A stretch of DNA of 64,000 nt. Origin: Lama guanicoe. Taxonomy: Eukaryota. The stretch is from contig MU054122.1 in NCBI GenBank assembly GCA_013239625.1, positions 646,773 through 710,772 on the forward strand, written 5' to 3'. The position numbers were made by a program, and so were the translations under genes. A model generated the notes under the pieces. It made no database searches, had not been told where the DNA came from, and saw nothing but the letters and a program-made list of their open reading frames with translations. Positions 26,015-39,445 of the stretch are shown here, piece after piece. How positions within the stretch are numbered: position 1 is the first letter of the stretch; every line of letters starts with the position of its first letter.

Positions 26015-26772
26015 TTCTTGAAGGTTAAATAAAATCAGGGTATCTAGTCTTCTCTCGTCTTGGCCAAATTTCATTCTCTGGTGGCCGCCTGAAAAAAAGA
26101 TAAAATGAAAACAAAAAAGAACTTGAAGTTCTTTACAAAGGCTTCTTGAATCAGATGATGTTGTAACTACATTCCAGCTTTGGACACTTGGTTGCTGTAA
26201 AGGGTTATCTACAACGACCTCAAGGTCAGAGAAAGAGCTTGCCTTTTGGGACAGGGGTTTATCTGTTTCCAAAATCACTGTGTTACTGAGGCTGCAAAGA
26301 GTGGTTGAATTTAGCCCGTGGCAGCTACGCAGAGCGTGGGGGTTCAGCTCTTTGCAAGGTGATGATTTGTCAGCTTTGTTTTCCTTCTGTATTGTAGAAA
26401 GAGGAGGAAAGAGTGGGAAATAAAGAAGGCTGAGAAGGAGGGCTTGGAAAGAAGTGATCCCAAGGCATTTATTGAATGTAATATAGGTTTAGAAATTGTG
26501 TAAGAGGCAATCTAAGTAGCACAACGTTTCAGGAGATACTTACGGAAAATTGTAGGGCAGGACAACGATGAACCAAACTTGACTGGGTCAAATTCTGTAG
26601 ATGGGACAATGGTCCTAATTGAAGAATTCCACACAAGGAAGATAGGTGCTAAGAGATTGGCGTTCTCATCTTATTTTAAAGACATCACTGAAGTTCTGTA
26701 GTCCCCTCCACTCCCTAACCCCACTTCCTGTTCTTCTGTTTGCTTTGAGAAAATTATGCATAGGATTTAGGA

Positions 26773-26930
26773 TCATGGTTCTCAAACTTTAATATGCTTA
26801 AGAATCATCTGGAGAACTTGTTAAAGATACAGATCCCAAGGTCCCCCTCTCACCTTGATTCTAAATTAGCACATTAAGGGAAGGCGCTGGGTGGTTGGAT
26901 GCAGATGGCTCCTCAACCACACTCTGCATA
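26773..26930. mobile_element. MER5A-like hAT-Charlie element (second remnant near 34385-34530)
   Basis: catggttctcaaacttt...agaatcatctggagaacttgttaaagatacagat...ccacactctg. Confidence 0.65.
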
Positions 26931-28632
26931 CTCCCTAACTCTCCTCCAATACAAAGATATTCCTGCTAGAAGATCTAGTTTCCCAGAGTGATACTGGAAT
27001 CTATTCACCGGGATATACATTAGATGCGAAGACAGTGCGAGAGGGTATATGTAGAGTCTCTGTCTCTCTAAAGAGAACGTGGGGGAGAAAACTGTCTGAG
27101 GCCAAGGATTTAATTTAGAATAATAGAATCAGATTTTGTAGACTTGGAAGGATGTGAGGGTTGTCTGGAAGTTTGGACCACAAGAGGAAGAGTCAACTGA
27201 CTGCAGTGACATGATTTGTTTGTGACGTGGCTGGAGTGAAGGTTGGTCCCTTGGCCTCATCAGTGCTGTGTTTAATAAATCGAGTTCATCCTAAAAAGAG
27301 GCTGTTTCTGGTTGACATCTGTAAATCGAGCACTGACGGTTCCTTGGCTAACTTAATCCACAGTACAGCTCGCCCTAATGTGGTCTCATTGGGCTTTCTT
27401 AATATACAAAGGAATAATTATTACCGAATCCAGCATGTTCCTTATACAATCTGCGATTTGGAAAATTAGTCCTGTAACTTAGTGAAACCAAAGCTAGAAT
27501 CACATTTTAAAGCTACCAACAGCTGGGCAGTGGCAAAAAAAAATGTAACTTTGAGGTAATTGAAAGTAAGCCTATCTTTTATGGAGGACTGAATACGTAC
27601 AGTAAATAAAGGAAAAAGAGAAAAGTTGAAGACCTTACATTTGTCGTGCCCTTAACCTATGTTGGATGCTACATGGTTTACAAACTCCAAGTCATCTAGA
27701 TGGCTTTTAAGATGTCTCTTAAAAACTTTTTAAAGTCATAGAATCTATGAAACTGAATTGAGAAGAGACGTTCCTCCCTGGAACAAAATCTGAATGTTGA
27801 CTCTTGGCAAGGGACAAAGTACCTTACTGGAGAGGATGATTATCTCCAAAGGGGTGTCCCCACAAAGATAGGCTTTGAACACACTGGAGAACTTAGCTAC
27901 TTGAGTGGTCTGGTTGTCAATGGAGATATGAACTTCTCTAATCCTTTTGGTTTAAGCCAAACCATAATCAACAGCGACTCTATATTTATTTCAATTTTCC
28001 TTTCTAGGTGAACCCAGAGCTTCCCCTTTTGATATGTTTGGACTCAAGTTTTTAAAAAAGACAAATATTGATTGTAGATGGTACCTAATGGTTTTGAGTG
28101 GCATCTTTACATGATGTGGATTAGAGATTTATATGCAAATTCCTTCCCTTTCTCATGGACGTTGTTGAGGGACCCAGGTGGAGGCTGGCTTGACTGGAAG
28201 TGGTTAGAAGGGCGTTAAGTTTTGACTGTGTGTTTGGGTTACACTGTTAATAGGTTATTTTTCAGTCTAGAGATTCAATCATTCTGTGATTCCAACCAAG
28301 AGGAAGGATGGCTTTTTCTTTATTTGGAGGAAATGCAGAAGTCAGAGCTGACTACTTTTGTGGCATGGGAGGAAAGAGGAAAAATCTGTGCCACAAGACA
28401 GCAGAAAGGAAGCAGTGCTTGAGTTATTCCTGAGGACAGGCTGCTGGATGTACTCAGCACAGGACTGCGGTAGAGAGAGAGAAGGGAAATAAAAAAGGAA
28501 TTTCCTGCAGCGGGGGAGTACCAAGCGTGATGCAAAGTGTGAGACCCATTCTTGCGGCATCCTTCTGATTGGAAAGTCAACGTTCAGAAGGTTCACTTAT
28601 GTTCTAAGTGAAAGTGGATGTGTCTCTTCTAG

Positions 28633-28806
28633 CCATGTACACACTCCTTGGGAATGCGAATGGAGCTGCCTGCGCTTTCCCATTCAAGTTTGAAAACAAG
28701 TGGTACGCGGATTGCACAAATGCGGGGCGGCCGGACGGATGGCTATGGTGTGGAACCACTACAGATTATGATGCTGATAAGCTATTTGGATATTGTCCAT
28801 TGAAAT
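28633..28806 (+). CDS. MRC1: MRC1 exon 3, fibronectin type II domain, 174 nt
   Basis: tctcttctAG acceptor. Encodes AMYTLLGNANGAACAFPFKFENKWYADCTNAGRPDGWLWCGTTTDYDADKLFGYCPLK with the 4 FNII cysteines. Donor T|gtaagt. Confidence 0.97.
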
Positions 28807-31800
28807 GTAAGTAACTTTATCATCAGGAAAATGTTGACCCACTGAGTAGTGATAAGACCTTGTGTGCATCTTGGATATTTTTTCCTCAAAGTGATTTTCC
28901 ACGTATTATCTCATCATACTCCCCCACAACCCTTTACAGATGTCATGGTCCTTCATTTTATAGTGGATGGAGTGGTCTCTGTTGGCTAAAGGTCAGAACA
29001 CAGATCTTCTGACTTTCAGTCCTGGCTGCATCGAGCAACCTTTCAATTTTCACTACTTCTTTTCTTCAAATTTCACTGCTACTGAATTTTATTTTCTAAG
29101 ACTTTAGGGCAAATTACACTGAATATGATGCAGTGTCTACCTAATACCAGAGGTGGCCAGGCCATTTCCCTCCTCTCCCCATTGATTTACCTTTATTAAA
29201 CTATAAAGCAAAAGTAGAATTGGAACAACGCCACAGCATAGGGTTTGATGGAGAGAGAGCAATGGGGGGCGCTTCTGAATTTTGTGTCAGTGTCATGAAA
29301 AGGGCTCCTCACTGTGAAAATATGAGCAATGGTACTCTTCTAACATTTTATTTAATTTAAGCAGAGTATCATTTAATTTCACACAGCATCAATAGAAGTG
29401 CGTTATTTCTATGCTCAAAGCGTTTGTAATGTGAAAATTGAAGTATTATTGCAGTGATGCCAAATAAGTGCCATTGCATTCTTTTGATGGGAAGGGGTCA
29501 GAATGTAAGAATTCTTGACGTTCTTTCCACGCTCAGGGGTCTATAGAGAAGCAGGACAGCAGGTGCTGTGGCGTGTGGAGGAGGGCTCCGGGTCGGGAGG
29601 CAGGGATGGGGCTGGGGAAGGCGGAGGAGGACGGGTTGCTGCTTGCCTTCCCGCATCACTCCACGTGCTCCCCCTGCTGCCGCCTTCTCCTCTCTTCCTT
29701 TTCCTCCTCCTGAACTTCTTACCGCCTGGCCCCTGGCTCCTTCAGACTCCATGGATCAGAGCTCCTGTTTTCTGCTGTTATCTAGAATTCTCTCGGCTGC
29801 TGTACTCCAAGGGGCAGGTGTGGGGACAGAGCCTCGTGCGGTCCAGGACGGCTGTGAGACCATCTGCATTGCTTTCCACTAAACTTCCGGGACCACACAT
29901 CCATACCATCACGTTATTCCAAGAATTATTGTAAAACTGTCCAATTAACCAAAATATTTACGTGTGTCAGGTTAAAGCCAGAATTCCAAGAATCATGCTT
30001 ATGTATCTCTTTTGAATTGTAATCCCTAAACATCTCACTAAAATTCATTTGATTGCTTAGCCCCGTAGATTATTGTAATTCCTCTGTTCTAGGGGAAACA
30101 TCCACGAAAACACATCGGGCTTCCCATGTAGACGGCGGTATTGCTCTCCCATTCTGGGGTGGGGTAAATGTATTTCCCTTTTATAACAACCTTTAGAGGT
30201 TTGATTCCCATGAAAGGTCTATAGATGTGAAAGGTTTATAGGTTATTAGATATCTGACCTCTGTGTTTTTTTTGCTGGAAGACAAGACAAAATTGAGCTT
30301 CCCCTCACCTCTAAGATAAAGGAATATTTCTTGTTCAGTGACTGAGGAGTATCTTTCTCCTTGACTTCATACGAATGGTATTTTCTGAATCTGTTATCAT
30401 GGAGTTTCTTGGAGCTACATATCTCATGGGTCCCGTGATAACATCTGCCCTTACATGGTGTTGACAGAGGCATTGTTGGTCGCATGTATGATGTAACGAA
30501 TTATTCACTGGAGGATGAGTGGCCCATCACTAATCCTAAAAAAATTCCCTACCTTGGATAGATGTGTGTTGGAGGAATAAATTATATTCTAGAATAAGCT
30601 TTCAGTCTTGCTTGTTACTTCCAAATTGTGTTTTCCGAGCAATTTATATATTTTGATTTTTTTAAATATAAAATGAAATAATTGTAAAAACTGGGGGGAA
30701 AAAACCTGTTTGATTTCAATATGCATTAAAATTTTTAAGCACATTTTATACATGCCATACCTTTCTTAAAGGGCTTTGCAATTTCCCCAAGTGTTTCATT
30801 GTCTTTGCTTTGTGTTCCTTTCAAAAGAACATTTTATTTTATATTCGCCTTAAACTGGCAGGTTCAATACAGGAAGATGAGGTCCCAGATGCTGACCTGG
30901 TGACACTAAATATTTGCTCTTCATTGTCCTTTGCATTGTTTATTGTAATGTTTTCCTTCTATTTAGACATTTATTTTCGAGTATCAGGAGAACAGGAAAA
31001 GGAAAAAGACCCCTTTCTCTCAATTCTCCATAGTTTGCGATTCTAGCTTTCAGTGTCAGGTGTGCTGATTTGTTGTGGGAATTGCAACAATCTGGGGAGA
31101 TGTAGACTCAGCAAACCAATGCATTCATTGAAAAATAGGTTTGAATTCCCTCATTTAAAGAGCAAAATATACTTTTCTATAAATGAAGGGTCCTATTGCA
31201 TTTCTTTCTTTAGTCATTTATATCCCTTTCCTTCAATCCTGGATGAAAAGAAATCACCCTTCCCCCTTTTTCCCCCTGCCTCACATTTTCTACCATATTA
31301 CAAGCAAAACCTCCAAATTTCTAAAAATATTTATTTAAAACATCTCCATGTTCAAATAAACCTCCAGCCAGTCTCATCTGAATGATCTCGCTTCCAAGGA
31401 AAAGAATCCATTTGGATATTAAGTAAGGTCTCAGGTTACGGTAATTTAAATTTAACATTACTAACCCAAATTTATTTTTTATAGAAATGTATAATGATTT
31501 TATAGTTAAAATATCTCAGAAATTTCTATGCTGTTGCCTGAGTGAAGTTTTGACATATTTTTCTTCCTCTTTGGTGTTTCATAGACCACAAGTTTCATAT
31601 CATAGTATGTGGTATGTGTAGGAAAAGGTCACTTGTCAGATACGAAGAATTACAATTATACACAATTATAGAATGTAGGTTGTGTACGGGAAACTATTCC
31701 ATTTCTTAGCCAGTAGAATACTTCTCAAAATTTGAGAAGTTATGTAACTTCTCTCTTCCTTACAAATAAATAGGGTTATGGCTTCACGTGACTTGTTAAG

Positions 31801-32677
31801 TGGATTTTATATTATTTAAAAAGACAAAAGAGAAAATTTTATAACATGAAGCACACAAAAATATTTCATTTGTTAATTGATTTCCCAGACATCTTGTATG
31901 TCAAATGCTGTCAATAATATTTATCAAGCTATATTATTGATCTTTTGTAGAACACAGCCTAGTTTATTGAGTATATTGGAAACCATAAAATAGCAAAGAA
32001 AAAATAAGCTAAAAGAGTTTTTTTTTTCACTCTGAAGGAAGAAAAACTAACAATCAACATCTATTATTGCCAGGAGTTACTATATTTAATATATTCTAGA
32101 GATGAGAGAATGAGACTCCAGAAGTTAGCAGTTTAACTCAGGTCAAATCACGAGTGAGTGACAGTGCCTGGAGGTGCTGGATTCCGTGGAATCCATGACC
32201 TTCCCCTCTAATGTCTGTGTCTTTGATCTAAAAAGACCAGACTAGAATGTTCAGGCCAAATACTCATTGCTGAGAGAAGACATGTTTATTTTCTCTCCTC
32301 CTTTTATTTTTATTTTTTTCCTAGGTGAAGGCAGTCAGGCTGGTACCTCTGTGTCTTTGCATTTGCCTCACTTCCCAAGTCATCTGATCTCAAAAGTCCT
32401 AATGGAAAAATAGAGTGTTTTCCTTCCTTTCTTTAGGCACATGAAACAGACTGAAAGTGGTCAGTCCTTTGAAAACTCCCCCTCTTCATTTCAGGAGTGA
32501 GGAAAATCTCATAGTCACTCGAAAACTAAGTAAAAGAAAGAAAAGACAGAAAAGAACTATAATGTTTTAGGCACTAAATAATGCTTTTAAATAATACCGA
32601 GATTGTTTAAAAAATATTGTTCCCTGAAAGTCTTTTCCATGCATAATGCAGCCAATTCCTTTGGACTTCTTTTACAG

Positions 32678-32842
32678 TTGAGGGCAGCGAAAGCTTATGG
32701 ACTAAAGATCCACTGACCAGCATCTCCTACCAGATAAATTCCAAGTCTGCTTTAACTTGGCACCAGGCGAGGAAGAGCTGCCAACAGCAGAATGCTGAAC
32801 TCTTGAGCATCACAGAGATACACGAGCAAACATACCTGACAG
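32678..32842 (+). CDS. MRC1: MRC1 exon 4, CTLD1 N-terminal part, 165 nt (absent from the ORF track on this strand)
   Basis: cttcttttacAG acceptor. Hand translation gives FEGSESLWTKDPLTSISYQINSKSALTWHQARKSCQQQNAELLSITEIHEQTYLT. Donor G|gtaatg. Confidence 0.96.
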
Positions 32843-33519
32843 GTAATGATGTGAAAAGAAAACAAAATTGTGAGTGGGGTCATGATTATTTTATTTCTAG
32901 AGAGTTTAAAGCAGACAGCACGAGTAAATATGGACATCATGATAGAGTCAGTCCTGAACAGATGGTGCTGAGGGTGTGACAAATTTGCACCCTGAAAAAG
33001 ACACTCGGGATGGCAAATAGGTGTCATCTCATGAGCCAGCTTTCTTCTATCAGTTGTGACAGGCTCCAGGACCTGGGCTGAGAAAGATTCTGAGGATTAA
33101 TCTCAGCTCAGAGTAGAAAATGCCACGATGAATTAGTGATGCCGTTCTGGGACACAAGGCATGGGTACCATGCTGGTCAAGAAGGCTAGTTCTAACCTGA
33201 GGTCCCAGGTTTTCCATTAGCATCAGAGAATTTAATATGATTCAACGAAATGCTGCCACCACAAGCAGGAACAAGTAAAGAGCTGTCTTTGTTGTCTCCT
33301 GTCTCTTCAACTCCAGACTCTATGGGTACTCAGGTCTTACTGATTCTCTTTCCACAATGTTTGTTTGTTTAAGCATTTGTTCTTATAAGATTGTGAAGAT
33401 TTAAAGAGCTAATGTTTTGCTTGAGATCAGTTTTAGCTTCTGAAATCCACACTTGGGGACCAGGGAGATTAGGACCAGACATGAATGTGGGAGAACGAGC
33501 ACCCCCTCTTCCCCAGAAC

Positions 33520-34130
33520 CCCCTCCCTGCCAGTTCACCCTGACACTGCTGCTAGCTTAACAAGGCTCTGGTCCAATGGCCACCGTGTTCAAAAAGCCCA
33601 TAGTGGCTTCTCATTTCGTATCAAATAATTAGCGACACACCTTTGCCTGGCATTCAGAGGTGGCCGTCTGTCCGCTCACTGCTGTTCCCCTTCATGCATT
33701 TCACAGTCTTGACAAAAGAAAGGTTTGAAGTTCCTCATCTTTGCCACACTTTCTTGCCTCCACATCTGTTCCCCTGTCACTTCTTGTCCCTGAAGTTCCC
33801 CAAATTTTATACAGTTGAAATGCAGTGTTCTCCATTTCCATCTGCATTTCTCTTACTTGTTTACCAATTTTATGACAGTTACTTACATATGTCCCACTTC
33901 CCCAAAACACTATACATACAATCTTTTTTTATTCATTCATTCATTCAACAGGATGGGTGGCGTCTGTGTGTAAAGCATTATGCTAGATCCTAGGGACATG
34001 ATGGTAACCAAAGCCAGGCACGTCCTGTCCACGTGGAGCTTAAAGTCCAGTGGGGAAAACAGACATAGACAAGAAGACAAGCAAGTAGATACGAGTTATA
34101 GTTGAGTGCGGTGCAGAAAGCCAACTGAAG
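33520..34130. mobile_element. LINE-2 remnants (others near 20480-20960 and 54250-55140)
   Basis: attcattcattcattcaaca tail and typical L2 3' motifs. Highly diverged. Confidence 0.5.
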
Positions 34131-37100
34131 GCTGTGTGGAGAATGGACTCGAGGGTCAGACGGCTGAAAATGAGGCACGTCTTGTGAATAGTGATGTCCT
34201 CCCCACCCCAAAGAGGCTCACACAGAACCTTCCAAGGAAGACAGTTCAGTGGATGTTTGCTGACTGACAGATGATGACGCAGCACCAGAAAAGTACTTGG
34301 GAATTCAGCCTCACGTTTGGACGTGTGGTCAGCTTGTGGCGAGAAGACAGTTAAGAACAATATGAAGTTGCTTATTCATCAAACAGGGAACGTTGTTAAC
34401 GTAAAGATGCCTAAGTGCAAACCCCAGAGACTAGATCAGTAGGTGTGATGTGGGGCCAAGGAATCTGCACGTTGTCAAATTTCCAGGGGATTCGGGGGCA
34501 AGTGGTTGGGGGACCACACTTGGCAAAGCATTCTGTCAGTTCCTGCTGTGTTGGCAATGCCTACGGATTCTGTCTGATGACACTAGGCAGCAGAGTGCTG
34601 GAGTGTGGACTCAGGAGTCTGCCTGCCTGGGTCCCGGCTCTGTGAAGCCAGGAGACCCTGGGGGGATGGCCTGAGGCGTCTCTGCCGCAGTGATGTCATC
34701 TGTTAGGGGGGAGGGTGTGTGAGCCGGTACAAGGGACAGAGCGTGCCCCCAGCCTTGCCTCATCATCTAGGGCTCCGCTTTCTCCAACTCTTTTTGGATG
34801 ATACGCTTTGTCAACTGGAACACATTTCTCCTATAAGTAATTATGTTTTAAATTGAATTTGAAGATGTTTATTGCATTCTATTTTAGGTGGGTGAAAAAA
34901 TGGTGACAGGCATTTATTTAACACAATCCTGTGAAATATACCGAGCGTTCTTGGGTAAGAAAGATTTTTCTACTCCTAGTCTGAGGACTTAATCATGAAA
35001 ACTGGCCCCACTCGAATGAAACCTTCCCTGCAATAGCTGGGCACCAGGTATAACACTGAACATTTTTCTCCTTTCGGTGTAGGCTGCAGGCCACCATCTT
35101 CTTTCAGCTATTATTAAGGAAATTGATGATGGAAAAGCAATGGGACCCCACTGTGGGCATTCCTAAACTCAGAGATGGGTTTATGCCTCCATCTGCTGGG
35201 TTATTCTGTTTTATGTTGGTCTTTGGGGTCTTTGTATGTAATATAGGGACAAAGTACAGGGTGATCAGTATTTACAACCATGTATTTGAAAAACAAGTAA
35301 GAAGAGAAGAAAGCACAGAAAGAGACAAAACTAAATTTGTGTCGATGATGATGGAAAAGAAAGGATGCATTGAGATAATCCTGGTGTGACTGGCACTGGC
35401 TTGCATGGGGGGGAGAAAAATCTGTCAGAGTTGTGTTGAAATGGTTTCACTTGGCTTCTTTTCTTTTTTTTTTTTTAAGAATCTGTTTGTGGATTGTGTT
35501 ATCTTGAGTCTTTCGAGTTTTCCTTGTTTTCTGGCTTCCTGGAAACCAAGGGGCAGAGCACAGGTTACCTTTGAACTCTCTTGCCTGGCTGCTTAGCGGG
35601 AGGGGGCCATCTGGGCAGAGGCTGTGCCCCATCTCCATGCATCCTGCCCCGGCCCCCTGCTGTCAGGCTCCGGCTGCAGGAAATGCTTCCCTAATCAGCA
35701 AGGGCTATTATTCTGTCCGTTGGGAGAGCAAACAAGCCCTGCAAGATTGGGAGGCTGAGTTCATCTCAAATACTTATTTGAATCTTATCCAAGCCTCCAG
35801 AATTTCAGTCAGCACATTTTAACTGAAAGCTGACTAGAAATGACTTCTCGAATGAGATTTGTAGTATTTCCTGCTTTGCTTTAAGTCAAAAACACCACGC
35901 GTTAGGAGCCAAAAAAGTCTGATAGGGGAATTTCAAAAATAAAACTGAATTTTGTTTTTCTGGAGAGAAGATATTCATGATGTTTGGGATCTATTGACAT
36001 TTATGGAGGAAGTATCTAAAAAGAAAATCATGATGTGGGTGAGGGGGATTGTGATCGACTCCATTTTGGGGAAATATGCCAGTATAATTTTTTAAAAAGC
36101 ACAAATAGCCTTTAAATATTTATGTGAGACTTTTGAGGAGTAAATTTCATATTTTGAAAAAGTGTAAGCCTCTTTTATGACTCTGAGATCAAACAGCTGT
36201 TGTGTGCCAGACACCGAGCTTTATTTCCAAGGCTGACACCAACCTCGTAAATGAGTATTACTGTCCTTACTTCATAGATAAGTTAAGAGACTAGGAGGGA
36301 GAAGTTACAAATTTTGCCTAATGCCGCGTATTCAGAAAGTAACTCGGTTGTAATTCAGCGCTGTCTTTCCATTACACTCTGCCCAGGTCTCGCTGAAAAG
36401 TAACTGGGAATCTGGTGGTCCCCAAAGCACTAAACAGAACACTTAATTTAGATGTCAACAGCTCCTTGCTCCAGTAAATTTATCCTAAACTGGCAATCTG
36501 ATTTCACATAATCTCCTGGGCTCATGGTTTCTGCCCAGTAGCCAATTCTTCCATCACCCATGATCATTTCATCATCTTCTCTCCTATTTCTACCCTCAAA
36601 AACGTTGGGACACGCTACTGAATCCTCCATTCCTGAATCAGATTTATAACCACGTATGCACAGGATTTATATTTACAGAACTGAAATAAGATATAGGAAG
36701 TGAAATTGGCTTGTTACTCTGATTGTTTTCGCCAGCTTCCTGTGGTGCTGGTTGGAGAACAAATTGGACCACAGGATAGAGAAGAAAAATACAGTGTAAT
36801 ATTGGACATGAAACCGTCTTCTCTTATAACTAAGGTCAAAAGTAGGTATAAACTGTTTTAGACAATACATGCAGGAAAATTAAAAATTAAAAAGTTTAGC
36901 ATGTGGAACTGATTATTTATATAATAACACTAAAATTTTAGTCAGGTTCTTTATAAAATTACAAGCACATTAGAGAAAAAAAGTGCTCATTACCTTTAAG
37001 TGATATATTTAACACAAAGTTTGAATTTTGTTTCTAAATCACACTTTTTGCCAACCCTAATTCAACATGGAGTAGTAATAATAATAGTAACACCATGAAT

Positions 37101-37554
37101 AATAGTGATTGCAATAGCTTATATTTTGGGGGGCATATACTGTGTGCTAGACCCTGTTTTAAGAATTATTACTTAATTTAATTCTTCAAAACAAACCCAG
37201 GAGTACCTAGAGTAGATGAGGAATGTCAAAGAATAGATAATTGCCTTAAAGACCTTTCATCTTTTTCTCATCATGCCAAACACAGTAATTTCATTGAGCA
37301 ATCTCAGACAAAATCTAATTTAATTCTTCCTACAGTCAGTGAATTATTTAGAGTTTTAAAAACTTAGATATGCTTATTTTATTATAAGTTTTTAAAAATA
37401 TGAGAGAATTTGATTTTTGGGAACAGCTATATTTGACATTTTTGAAATGCTACTTTCAGAATCATTTCCTCTGGTATACCCCTCTGTAAGTATGGAGATA
37501 ATTATTCTTCAAGTTAGTACAGTGTTTAAGAATTCAAAGAAATTATAGGTCAGT

Positions 37555-39445
37555 ACCCCTAATGAAGATAGATGCAAGAATCTTCAACAAAATATTAGCA
37601 AACTGAACTTGAGAACACATTAAAAGGATCACACACCATGATCAAGTGGGATTTATTTCAAATGCAAGGAAGATTCAACACCCACAAACCAATCAATGTG
37701 ATACATCACATTAACAAAATGAAGAATATAAATCAAATGATCATTTCAGTAGATGCAGAAAGAGCATTTAATGAAATTCAACATTAACTTATGATAAAAA
37801 CTCTCAACAAAATGGGTATAGAGGGAACATACCTAAACATAATTCTGGCCGTATATGACAAGCGCATGGCTAACATCATACTCGGTGAAAAGCTTAAAGC
37901 TTTTTCTCTAAGATCAAGAGCAAGACAACGATGCTAACTCTCACCACTTTTATTTAACATAGTATTGGAAGTCTTAGCCATAGCAATTAGATAAGAATAA
38001 ATAAATGAAAGAAATCCAAATTAAAAAGAATTAAAATTGTCACTATTTGCAGAGGACATGATACTAATCCTAAAGATGCCACCAACAAACTTTTAGAACA
38101 AATACATGAATTCAGTTAAGTTGCAGAATACAAATTAACATAAATAAATATATCTGTTGGATTTCCCTACACTAACAATGAACTATCAGAAAGAAAAACT
38201 GAGAAAATAATCCCATTTATAATCACATCAAAAAGAATAAAATATCTGGGGATAAAGTTGACCAAGAAGGTAAAAAGACCTATACTCAGAAAACTATAAG
38301 ACATTGATGAAAGAAATTGAAGATGACACAGAAACAAATGGAAATATATATCACTCCTGTGGAAGAATTATTATTGTTAAATGATGATACTACCTGAGGC
38401 AATCTACAGATTCAGTGCAATCCCTATCAAAATATCAATGGGATTTTTCACAGAACTAGGGCAAACAATTCTAAAGTTTGTATACGAACACAGGATACCC
38501 TGAATAGCCACAAAAATCTTGAGAGAGAAGAACAGAGCTGGAGGTAACATTTTCCAGACTTCAAACTATATTACAAATCTATAGTAATCAAAACAATATG
38601 CTACTGGCACAAAAACAGACACAAAGATTCATGGAACAGAACAGAGAGCCCAGAAATGGACCCACACTTATATGGTCAGTTAATCTATGACAAAGGAAGC
38701 AAGAATATACAATGGGGAAAAGACAGCCTTTTCAATAAGTGGTGTTGGGAAAACTGGACAGCCACATGCAAAATGATCACACTGGACTACTTTCTCACAC
38801 CAGGCACAAAAATAAATTCAAATGGAATAAAGACTTAAATGTGAGACCTGAAAGCATAACACTTCTGGAAGAAAACACAGGCAGTATGCTCTTTGAATCA
38901 TTCTCAGCAGTAGTTTTTTGGATATCTCCTCAGGCAAGGGAAACAAAAGCTAAATAAACAAATGAGACTATATCAAATTTAAAAAGCTTTTGCACATCAA
39001 AGGAAACTATCAACAAAATGAAAAGGCTGCCTACTGAATGAGAGAAGACATTTGCAGATGATATATCCGATAAGGAGCTAAAATCCAACATACACAGGGA
39101 ACCCATACAACTCAACATCAGAAGTCTGGGGAAAAAAAAACAGAACAACTTGAATAGACATTTTTCCAAAGAAACCATACACATGAAAAGATGCTCAATA
39201 TCACTAATCATCAGAGAAATGCAAATCAAAACTGCCATGAGATACCACCTCATTTGTTAGAATGGCTGTTATCAAACAGACATCATTGTAAATCAACTCT
39301 ACTTCAATTAAAAAAAAAATAGACAGCACATCAACAGATGATTGGATAAAGAAGTTGTAATAGATTCATACAAGGAAATACTACTCAGCCATGAAAAAGA
39401 ATAATGCCATTTGCAAAGCCAGAAAGAGAAAGAAAAATACCATAT
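37555..39445 (+). mobile_element. LINE-1 ORF2 (RT domain to C-terminus), degraded, with internal deletions and a nested short L1 tail at ~39281-39319
   Basis: gatgcaagaatcttcaacaaaatattagcaaac... ORF remnant [34 protein letters not shown]. Confidence 0.9.
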
